The position numbers and the translations under genes are program-made. Below are positions 47,181-55,400 of a stretch of DNA of 64,000 nucleotides, piece after piece (within the stretch, counting starts at the first letter, position 1; the number at the start of each line of letters is the position of its first letter). The stretch is from Fastidiosipila sp. (lineage in GTDB: Bacteria; Bacillota; Clostridia; Saccharofermentanales; DTU023), in contig JAAZGO010000010.1 in NCBI GenBank assembly GCA_012511175.1, forward strand, positions 5,563 to 69,562, written 5' to 3'. The notes under the pieces were generated by a model, which was given only the letters and a program-made list of their open reading frames with translations, did no database searches and had not been told where the DNA came from.

Positions 47181-48664
47181 GGAAAACTCCTTTCCGTGTG
47201 TTCAATTTTTACGAGTGAGCGCGCTCTTTCATAGTCCTCCGGTGTATCAAGATCAAAACCGGCTGAATGATCATGGCTGATGACTTCGATCACCGCATCT
47301 TCATGGTCCTGAATCACCTGCCTCCCGCCAAGATCACCTGCAAGTGACGACAGCTCCCGGTAGAAGCTGCGGTCAAAGAGCACAGGTGAGGACCGCCTGC
47401 CCTCCCTTACCGGAATCATGATTTTCCCTGTCTCAAATTCCTCCATCAGGTGCCGCAGCAGGAGAGGGGAAAGAAAAGGCTGATCCCCCGGTACATAAAA
47501 ACAGGCCGTGCTTTCAGGGGCCAGGTGCTGCGTCCCGACAGCCACCGATCTGCCCTGGCCTTCGCAATATCTGTCATTGGTGACAAAAGTCAGATTTGTC
47601 CCGCCTTTCAGCGGCCTGATCGCCGTTTCAATGGTTTCACGGACCCGTTGAGATTCAAAACCCGTGACAACCACAAGATCGGGGATACCGGCTGAGAGCA
47701 CCCGGCTCAAGGTCCGGGCGATGACGGTTTGGCCTCCCAGGGGCAGGAGCAGCTTGTTGAGTCCGCCCATCCGCTCTGACATGCCGGCAGCCATGATGAC
47801 CGCAGAGAAGGGTGCGGGCTGCCCGCTGTTTTTGGATTGCCCCCAATAGGTCTTATGCTCTCCCCGATCCAGGCCTTTGAAAAAGACAGCACTGATCCGG
47901 CTGTTTTCAAGTACCCGCCCCGCCAGTTCATGGAAGAACCCTTGGGTCCTCTGCTCTTTGTCCAGGCAATCCGCCTGGTTGAAAACGACAGCAATTTTGC
48001 TGGTTGGCGGGATGCCCTTGAAAAAATGACCGGAGTTCAAGAGCGAAAGAAGATTGGAAATTTGGATGGGTTTCCCGGCTTCAAGGCCGGTGGCCGCAGA
48101 GAAGAGGGGAGCGCGGTGGACCACCGGTTCGGCCAGGGCTTGCCCGATGGCGGAAAGACCGAAGAGTATCAGGGTCAGATCAGTGGTTTTAGGTATGACC
48201 GGTTCGTGTTCCGCGTGGGCCTTAAGCGGTTTTCTCTTTGAGCCGTCAGCTTCACAAAGGATGAGGGTGTCCTTGTCACCTGCCTCTCTCTGTTCCCGCA
48301 CCCAGGCATCCAGTTGATCCCTGTCAAGTCCGCGGTGCTTGCCGGCGATATCCTCACAGGCGGGGCCCAGCCAGAGGCCGGATCCGGCAGGAGGCGCGGC
48401 CGTAACACGGGCCAGGGCCGGATTCTTCTTTTGCTTGTGTGAAAGGGGCGGCGCGACTTCCCTGCCTGCCCCGGGGAGGCCTAAGGCGGTGGTTGAGGTC
48501 AGGATGGAGCGGGGCCGTATTGCGGCATCAAAAAGCTCGACCAGGGTGGTCGTCTTGCCGCCCCCGCCGATGGCGCTAACCAGGAAAGGCCGCGGATCGA
48601 GTTGCGCATCCTGCCTGATCAGCGAGCGGACATAGGCCTCGATCGTCAGATTGGCTGCGGTCAT
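47177..48664 (-). CDS. yqeC: fusion of YqeC-type selenium-dependent hydroxylase accessory protein (N-terminal) with MocA/YgfJ-type molybdenum cofactor cytidylyltransferase (C-terminal)
   Basis: The ATG at 48664 follows AAGGAG; the longer ORF to 48844 overlaps yqeB. The N-terminal half has VSAIGGGGKTTTLVELF...ILTSTTA (YqeC P-loop). The C-terminal half has FSAVIMAAGMSERMGGLNKLLLPLGGQTVI...YVPGDQPFL (MobA-like NTP transferase). Confidence 0.75.
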   Translation of the reverse strand: MTAANLTIEAYVRSLIRQDAQLDPRPFLVSAIGGGGKTTTLVELFDAAIRPRSILTSTTALGLPGAGREVAPPLSHKQKKNPALARVTAAPPAGSGLWLGPACEDIAGKHRGLDRDQLDAWVREQREAGDKDTLILCEADGSKRKPLKAHAEHEPVIPKTTDLTLILFGLSAIGQALAEPVVHRAPLFSAATGLEAGKPIQISNLLSLLNSGHFFKGIPPTSKIAVVFNQADCLDKEQRTQGFFHELAGRVLENSRISAVFFKGLDRGEHKTYWGQSKNSGQPAPFSAVIMAAGMSERMGGLNKLLLPLGGQTVIARTLSRVLSAGIPDLVVVTGFESQRVRETIETAIRPLKGGTNLTFVTNDRYCEGQGRSVAVGTQHLAPESTACFYVPGDQPFLSPLLLRHLMEEFETGKIMIPVREGRRSSPVLFDRSFYRELSSLAGDLGGRQVIQDHEDAVIEVISHDHSAGFDLDTPEDYERARSLVKIEHTERSFP

Positions 48665-48701
48665 TCCCGCTCCTTTCACAGCGGTCGGGGAGCAATCGCT
48701 T

Positions 48702-49493
48702 CTATTCCCCAAAATGCGCCAGGATGGCCTCCAGCACACCGCCCGCGATGGTGCGGCCCTTGTCGCTGATGGTCCGGGTGTAGTCGGCATCCCCGCGCGG
48801 GTCGACATCGCCCAGTTTCTGTCCTCTTCTAACCTGGAAGCCATCCGCGATCAGGCCGCGGACGACACCTGAAATGACGGTTTTGACCGGCACCTCGCCA
48901 ACCATCAAAATGACATCGCCTGCAACGACCTGGTCGCCGATTTCGTGGAGATTGCGTGTGACACCCTCCCGGGGGGCTCTCAGGACGCGATCCTTGTCGA
49001 CGCCCTCAATGTTGCCCGGGATTCCGGTGTTGGCAAGGGCTTGCCCCTGATGGACCAGGCGGCCCAGATAATGCCCGCGTTTGGTTTCGATCACCACGTG
49101 GGCTTGCTTTCCCGCTTCGATGCCGGGACCCAGGCCGATGACCAGGGGAGCCCAGGAGAGATCGTAGTCGGGTGTTCGCTTGCTAAGAGTAGCGTCAATG
49201 AAAACGTCCGGTTTCAAAAAATCCCGGACTTGCCGGTCGGGGAGGGTGAGAACGGGGATTAATCCGTCCCGGATGGCGGGTTCGATTTCTTCCAGTGAGC
49301 GGATGTGGCGCGAGGTCACGCCCTCAATTGTCCAGTCACCCTCATAGATGGCGTTGCAATAGGAAACGGTCCGCCGGACACAGGAAGGCGAGGGGAGGTC
49401 GCAGACGACCACGCGGAATCCCGATTGGCGGAGTTTGTGAATAACGGCAGAGGCTAAATCGCCGCCTCCCCGGATAAGGATGGTGTGTTTCAT
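48702..49493 (-). CDS. yqeB: YqeB/EF2563-family selenium-dependent molybdenum hydroxylase system protein
   Basis: 263 aa. MKHTILIRGGGDLASAVIHKLRQSGFRVVVCDLPSPSCVRRTVSYCNAIYEG matches the short Firmicutes form of YqeB. The RBS is AAGGAG. Confidence 0.75.
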   Translation of the reverse strand: MKHTILIRGGGDLASAVIHKLRQSGFRVVVCDLPSPSCVRRTVSYCNAIYEGDWTIEGVTSRHIRSLEEIEPAIRDGLIPVLTLPDRQVRDFLKPDVFIDATLSKRTPDYDLSWAPLVIGLGPGIEAGKQAHVVIETKRGHYLGRLVHQGQALANTGIPGNIEGVDKDRVLRAPREGVTRNLHEIGDQVVAGDVILMVGEVPVKTVISGVVRGLIADGFQVRRGQKLGDVDPRGDADYTRTISDKGRTIAGGVLEAILAHFGE

Positions 49494-49529
49494 GGTTGAC
49501 TCCTTTATTTGACTTGGCAGTGTCGGCTA

Positions 49530-50720
49530 TCAGTCGGCAAGGCTGTCAAAGTATCCCTGGATCAAAACGACAGGCGTTCCCTTGTCTCCGCTTCCCGATG
49601 TCAGGTCTGCCAGCGAGCCGAGCAGGTCGGTCAACCGGCGCGGGGTGGTGCCTCCGGCATTGGTCTCAAAGTCCAGATCCTCTTCTTTGTCGGCAATTGC
49701 CTGGCGCACAGCCTCTTCAAGCTCCTGGCCCGAGAGGTCGGCAAATTTGCTGTCAGTCAGATATTTCAATTTCAATTCCCTGGGCTTGCCGCCAAGGCCA
49801 TCTGTAAAGGCAGGAGAAACAACAGGGTCGGCCAGTTCCCAGATCTTGCAGACGGGATCTTTGAAAGCGCCGTCGCCGTAAATCATCACTTCAATGTGCT
49901 TCCCTGTCCTTTCCAGGAAGAGACCGGAAAGGGTGTTGACAAACAGTTTGCCGGATCGCGGAAAAAGTTTCACGATTTCTTCGCTGGCCTTGTTGCTGCC
50001 GAGTAATCCAAATTCCTCATGGAAACCGCTTCCGTCAACAGACTGAGTCAAGATGTCATCCAGGCCCAGAACCCGTTTGGCCCCGGCACGCCGCAAGAGC
50101 CGTTTGGTTCTTTCTCTTGCGTGGACGTCACAGACAAGGGTGAAGGGGGTGTAGCGGAGGACAACCAGCGGGTCATTGGCCAGGATGATCTCAGCTTCGC
50201 AGCCCTCGCTCCGGATGGTTTCGCGATAGAAATCAACGTAATCAACGCCGGTGAAGGTGTGGCGGTTCACACCGAAGAGTTTGCGGTAACGCATTTCGGA
50301 AAGGCAGTCCTTCAGCGGATCAATCCCCTTTTCATCCATCTGGTCCAGATCCATCAGGCTGTTGCCGACCTCATCGGAGGGATAGCTGAGCTGCAGCACA
50401 ATTTTTTTTGCGCCACGGGCAATCCCGCGCAGATTAACCGCAAAACGGTTTCTGCTCAGGATGGGAAAAACAAGGCCGATTTCGCCTTCAGGAAATTTCC
50501 TTCTGATGTCTTTGGCGATGTCATCGCAGCTGGCGTAATTGTTCTCGGCCCGGGCCACAACTGACTCCGTTACTGCAACCACATCCCTGTCGTGCAAATC
50601 GAATCCTTCGTCACGGGCGGCGAGTAAAACGCTGTCAAGAATGATTTCCGCCAGCTTATCGCCGCTCTTGATAATGGGGGTCCGGATTCCTCTCGAAGTT
50701 GTTCCTGTGCGTCTGATCAT
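49530..50720 (-). CDS. CofE-like (F420-0:gamma-glutamyl ligase family, COG1478) protein, long Firmicutes form
   Basis: The ATG at 50720 gives MIRRTGTTSRGIRTPIIKSGDKLAEIILDSV...HDRDVVAVTESVVARAE. This is the CofE-type N-terminal pattern (xIPxIKxGDDLAxxI...DGDIxVVxxKIVSKAEG). Confidence 0.6.
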   Translation of the reverse strand: MIRRTGTTSRGIRTPIIKSGDKLAEIILDSVLLAARDEGFDLHDRDVVAVTESVVARAENNYASCDDIAKDIRRKFPEGEIGLVFPILSRNRFAVNLRGIARGAKKIVLQLSYPSDEVGNSLMDLDQMDEKGIDPLKDCLSEMRYRKLFGVNRHTFTGVDYVDFYRETIRSEGCEAEIILANDPLVVLRYTPFTLVCDVHARERTKRLLRRAGAKRVLGLDDILTQSVDGSGFHEEFGLLGSNKASEEIVKLFPRSGKLFVNTLSGLFLERTGKHIEVMIYGDGAFKDPVCKIWELADPVVSPAFTDGLGGKPRELKLKYLTDSKFADLSGQELEEAVRQAIADKEEDLDFETNAGGTTPRRLTDLLGSLADLTSGSGDKGTPVVLIQGYFDSLAD

Positions 50721-50830
50721 GGTCTGGGCGGAATAAACCGCCTCTCCTTTCAGCGAGCCCGTCGGGGCATGCGGCCTCCTGTAATCTTCCCGCCGGGGGA
50801 GCCGCTCCCGCCGAGTCAATCGGAAAGCGG

Positions 50831-50878
50831 AAAAATACGCGCCAACCCTGTTGGCCAACGGCTGGAGGGCCGGCGCGT
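50831..50878 (-). terminator. probable terminator downstream of selC
   Basis: On the minus strand, ACGCGCC...GCCAAC-agg-GTTGGC-GCGT is followed by ATTTTT (nested stems 50836-50842/50872-50878 and 50841-50855). Confidence 0.5.
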
Positions 50879-50884
50879 TTCAAC

Positions 50885-50981
50885 TGGCGGAAGCATGTGA
50901 GAATCGAACTCACCCGGGAGGCTCCTAACCCCCCTCAACGGTTTTGAAGACCGCGGGGCACACCAGAACCCATCTGCCTCC
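50885..50981 (-). tRNA. selC: tRNA-Sec (anticodon UCA)
   Basis: The 97-nt minus-strand sequence is GGAGGCAGATGGGTTCTGGTGTGCCCCGCGGTCTTCAAAACCGTTGAGGGGGGTTAGGAGCCTCCCGGGTGAGTTCGATTCTCACATGCTTCCGCCA. The acceptor is GGAGGCA/TGCTTCC (7 bp plus a G-A) and the anticodon stem-loop is GCGGT-CTTCAAA-ACCGT. There is a long variable arm (GGGGGG-ttaggag-CCTCCC), a T arm GTGAG-TTCGATT-CTCAC, a discriminator G and an encoded CCA. Overall it is very similar in layout to E. coli selC. Confidence 0.9.
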
Positions 50982-51043
50982 ATGCAGTATTGTCATGGTT
51001 GCCAGGTGATTTGTCAACTTTGAGAAGAGGAGGATTGCGTGGG

Positions 51044-51847
51044 TTACAGGCTGTCTGTCTGCCGCCTGCCCTTGAAAATTATCATCAGAAGGCCGAAGGC
51101 AAAAACGAAAATTCCGATGAATTGCGAGGTCGACATCCCGAGAAGGAAACCTCTGGCTTCATCGCCTCTCCAAAACTCCAGGATGAACCGGATCAGGGCG
51201 TAGAGACAGAGGTATAGGTAGAGAAGCTTTCCTTTAAACCGGGATTTTCGCAAAAGCCACCAGAGAAAGAAGAAGAGGGCAAAGTTCAAAAAAGATTCAA
51301 CCAGCTGAATGGGAAAGCGCCGGACTCCATTTGCCTCCTCCACGACCGACCGGGTGTAAATGAAACCGATTTTGCACTCCACCCCGTAACAGCAGCCCCC
51401 CAAAAAGCAGCCGATCCGTCCGAAGCCGTGAAAAAGGGGAATGGCGGCTGCCCCGATGTCGGAGTAGGCATCGAGATCCAGTTGCTTTCTCTTGCCGTAG
51501 GCCATCCCGGCCAGAATCCCGATGATGAGGCCCCCGTAGAAGACAGCGCCCCCGAAAAGGTATTGCAGGTACTGGATCAGGACGGAAAAAGAAGGAATTT
51601 TTCGAATAATGGCAAGGAAGAGCCGCAGTTCCCCGAAATTGACAAGCGCGTAGGTCAGGTGGCTGCCGGCCCAGCCGGCTGACACAGCAACCAGCAACAT
51701 GGAAATCATGGTGACCGGGTCGAGCGGGGAGCGCCTGGCCTGGCGGTAGGCGAAAGTGCCTGCCATGAGGACTCCTGCCAGGGACATCAAGGCATAAAGG
51801 CTGATCATTTTCCCAAATAAATAAAAGTAAGGCAACATAGGATCCAA
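51044..51847 (-). CDS. lgt: prolipoprotein diacylglyceryl transferase
   Basis: GRIGCFLGGCCYG and a polytopic profile identify it. The start is uncertain (TTG at 51847 or ATG at 51838). Confidence 0.85.
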   Translation of the reverse strand: MDPMLPYFYLFGKMISLYALMSLAGVLMAGTFAYRQARRSPLDPVTMISMLLVAVSAGWAGSHLTYALVNFGELRLFLAIIRKIPSFSVLIQYLQYLFGGAVFYGGLIIGILAGMAYGKRKQLDLDAYSDIGAAAIPLFHGFGRIGCFLGGCCYGVECKIGFIYTRSVVEEANGVRRFPIQLVESFLNFALFFFLWWLLRKSRFKGKLLYLYLCLYALIRFILEFWRGDEARGFLLGMSTSQFIGIFVFAFGLLMIIFKGRRQTDSL

Positions 51848-51849
51848 GT

Positions 51850-51888
51850 AAAAACGCTGCGCAACGACCCTACAATCGCTGCACAGCG
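51850..51888 (-). terminator. rho-independent terminator after the DUF4190 gene
   Basis: On the minus strand, CGCTGTGCA-16 nt-TGCGCAGCG (8 of 9 bp) is followed by TTTTT. Confidence 0.55.
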
Positions 51889-51944
51889 CCTTTTATTTCC
51901 TGGTTAAACCGCTCGTCATCCAGGCAGGGTTTGCTTGCTTGGGC

Positions 51945-52304
51945 TTAGCTAAAAGGAAGGGTGCTGAGTGTATCAAAACCTTTCTTAAGGGCACAGGCCA
52001 CGGTTACAGCACAGATGATCCCTACAATCGCGAAGACCGTTCCGACGATCCCCAGGATCAAGCCTGCGATCGCCAAACCATTTCCTGAACCAAGCTGCTT
52101 CGCCTTCTTCATTCCCAGAACTCCGAAGATAATTCCCAGGACAGCCAGGACGGCCGTAAAATACATGACGATGGGAATAAAGGAACCAATAATTCCAAGG
52201 ACTCCGCAAACGAGTGCCGCAATGGCCATCCCGTTGGTTGGCGCCGGAGCCGCCGGGGGCGGGGCATAGCCGCCGGGTTGCTGATATTGCGTGTTGTTTT
52301 CCAT
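51945..52304 (-). CDS. DUF4190-like small membrane protein with Pro/Gln-rich N-terminus
   Basis: 119 aa. MENNTQYQQPGGYAPPPAAPAPTNGMAIAALVCGVLGIIGSFIP is followed by two more TM helices. Confidence 0.6.
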   Translation of the reverse strand: MENNTQYQQPGGYAPPPAAPAPTNGMAIAALVCGVLGIIGSFIPIVMYFTAVLAVLGIIFGVLGMKKAKQLGSGNGLAIAGLILGIVGTVFAIVGIICAVTVACALKKGFDTLSTLPFS

Positions 52305-52404
52305 ACATCTCCTCCAAATCTAAAATGCGGAAACGTATCGGTTCCGTAACCCGTTTCCTTTGTCCATCAACAATAAACAAGTGGGTTCTGCTTGTCAAGC
52401 TGTG

Positions 52405-55400
52405 TCAGGGAAAGGCAACGGCTCTGGCCTCACGGATCAGCCAGATCAGCTTTTCCTTGACCTTGCGGCCTGTCGCCCGGGCAATGGCCTCGGCATAAAA
52501 CTTGATCTGGACCCCGTAACGTTCCCTTAGCCAACCGTCATTTCTGTCTCCCGTCAGGTGGTCGGTCTTGAAGTCAATCAGAATCGCTGCGCCGTCTTCC
52601 TCTACGAACCAGAGATCAATCATGCCCTGGATCAGGCTGGTCTCGTCCGCAGGAAAGGAGGCATCCAGATGGCTTGACGGAAGGGCCAGGGTAAAGGGTA
52701 TTTCGCGGTATACTTTCCCGCTCGTTTCCTCAACCCGCAGGAGGCGGCCCGCAAGCTCGCTGTTGGCCCAGCGGACCGCCTGATCCGTGAAAGTCAGGGC
52801 GGCATCACGCGCTTCCTCTGTCAGGGTGAGGGCCTCAACCATACGGTCCAGCTGGCTTGCGTAGATCTTTTCTGCCTTGACCATGGGCTGGCCGCGCAGT
52901 GTCCGGAGGTCCAAAAACTGAAATACCAGATGCATGGCGGTACCAAGCGGGGCTCCTCCATCCCGGCCGGTTTCCCTTTTGGAGCGCAGGGTCAGGGGCA
53001 TGTCAGCCTTTTCAAGGGACACCGCAACTGGATTACCGAAGATTTCCCAAACTGCCTCCTGTTCTGGATCTTCTCCCCGGAGCCCGGGCTGTCGCTCCAA
53101 TCCGAGCCGCTGCAGTTCGGTGACCGTCACCTTGGCGGGAGTCCTGGCCGCCTGTCTGAAGGGGACTTCCGACAGAAGGAGTTGGAGGGGCGCCAAGCGG
53201 GTTTGGCCGTTGGATAATCCCTCCTGCCTGTCATTCGTGCTGACAGCGTCCTCCAGGTAATCCGCCGTTCCCTCCAGCTGACTTTCAAGGGCTCCTTGCA
53301 GAAGTTCAGCCCATGGCGTCACATTGACTGCTTCAATGACCCGGGGCAGCCCGGTTTCAAGGGATCGGGAGGTGTCTCCACCTTCCCCGGTCAAAGAAGT
53401 CACCGTCTTGGCAAAGGCCGGGTAGCGGGCGGTCAGATAGGCCAGAAAAAGCTCGGCGTCATTTTTCAGGCCGGCTGTCAGCTCCGCAGGAATGATGGCA
53501 CGGTCGGCCCGTCTCTTCCGATCCAGACCGGCTGTCCGGCGGGTAACTGCCTCCATGGCCCTGGCGTAAGCAGGCTTTTCTTGAAGCGACGCCTGAGCGA
53601 CGGGAAAGAGGAGGTAGAGGCCGTGGATGGCACGAGTCATGGCGACGTAAAGCAAACGCCAGGCTTCCGCCCTGTCGCGGTTTGCTTCGGCGATCAGGGC
53701 TGCCTCGTGCAGAGGATTATTGACGACAGCCATTCCGTCTTCTGATAGCGTCGCGCTGGAGAGTCCTTCCTGTTCGGATAAGAGGATGAGAGGTTTTGTC
53801 TTTCGGGTTTTCCAGTTTAAATCAAGCCTGCCCAGGATGACATAATCCCATTCAAGGCCCTTGCTGCTATGCCGGGTCAGGACGCGGACAGCGCCGGGAA
53901 CAAGCGCGGCATCCGATGTTTCACCTGCAGTGTCCGCATCCATCATTTCCTTCATTTTTCTCAGGGCTGCCCGTATCCCCGGCGTGGCATCAGGATCAGG
54001 TTCCGTTGCCAGATCGAGCAGCTTTTCAAGATCCCTCAGGTAGCTCTCGCCAAAAGTTGAGCGGGCGATGTACTCCGTGTAATCCGTTTCGAAAAAGATC
54101 AGGTCGAGCAAATCCCGGAAACTGAGCTCTTGCGCCAGGAAACGCCACCGCTCCATACGGTCTATGAAAGCTCTGGCTTTGGTGGCCAACGGGTGATCCT
54201 CCAGCTTCGGCAGCATGAGGAAGCGATCGTGGAAAAAGGATCTGCGATTTCCTGACGTTTTTTTCGTTTGCCCGGCGGAATCGTCCGGGGGGGCAAGCCG
54301 GGCCACCTGGATCAGATCTTCACCCTGCCAGGCTTGGGGCGCAAAAGGGCCCAGGAGGACGGACAGGAGGGCAAAATCCTGCCTGGGATTGTCGAGGACG
54401 GACAAAAGTGCCTCAACCTGGCGGAAAACCAGATTATCCGAAGACGTGTCACCTGACCGGCTTGTGACAGGGATGCCGCATTGGATCAAGACTTCTTCGT
54501 AATCACGGCAATTTTCATTGGTGGGAAGCAGAATGGCAATCCGGTCGTAGGGGATCCCTTTTTGCCGGAGCTCGCGAATGACGCGAAGTGCCATCAGGGC
54601 TTCGCGTCCGGCGGGAGACAAAGCGGCATTTTCCTGCTGCCAACTGGCGGCTTGGATATCGCTGCCTTCAAGGTCTCCAGTGGCCCCGGATACTTCAATC
54701 CCTGTTCCGATTTCCAAAACGAGATTGGCTGGAAAAGCACCGTTCTCTTTCTGGTCATGGAGTCGCCATTTACGGTTGTCAGCGAAGAGCAGCTGGCTTT
54801 CATCGTATTCGATTTCACCCGACTGCCTGGTTAGAAAGGAGCTGAAGAAGTCATTGATGAAATCGATGATTAAGGGGCGGGTGCGAAAACAGCGGTTGAG
54901 AAGCGCCAGGTAACCGGTGTGGTGGGATTCGAGCTCGGGAATAGCTTCATTTGCCCGCACAAGGCAGGAATTTTCCTGGTGACCGGCAAAAAGGCCGGGA
55001 TTGGCGTAGCGGAAGCGGTAGATACTCTGTTTGATGTCGCCGACCATAAGCAGGTTGTTGCAGGCGATCTTTCGGATGATGGCATCCTGGATGCTGCTGG
55101 TATCCTGGTACTCGTCAACATAGATCTCCTCATATCTCGACAAATAGTCCTCCCTGATGTCCTCCTGTTTCAGCAATTCAAGGGCGCCGTGTTCAATGTC
55201 ACTGAAGAGGATGGCGTTGGCGGCAAAACGGCGTCTTTTGAATTCTTGGTCCACCAGGAGCACCAGCTCCATGAAACGTGCGGAGGCGCGGGCAGACGTC
55301 ATCAGATCATGCCGGATATCAGCGGTCTTTAGGGTGAAGACAGAAGGGTGCCCCGTGATGAAAGAGGCGTCCTGGCTCGATCCCCTTTTGATCTGATTAG

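Noticed and set aside
46944-47234. 96-aa plus-strand ORF
   Set aside because: It lies antisense to the ArsC-family selenoprotein gene, whose translation matches a known family along its full length.
48665-48844. N-terminal extension of the yqeC::mocA ORF (start at 48844)
   Set aside because: It overlaps the 3' end of yqeB by 143 nt. The ATG at 48664 has an AAGGAG RBS and begins right before the YqeC P-loop region.
50721-50858. N-terminal extension of the cofE-like ORF (start at 50858)
   Set aside because: The translation is Arg-rich and non-protein-like, and it runs into the selC terminator hairpin. The ATG at 50720 starts the conserved CofE-type N-terminus.
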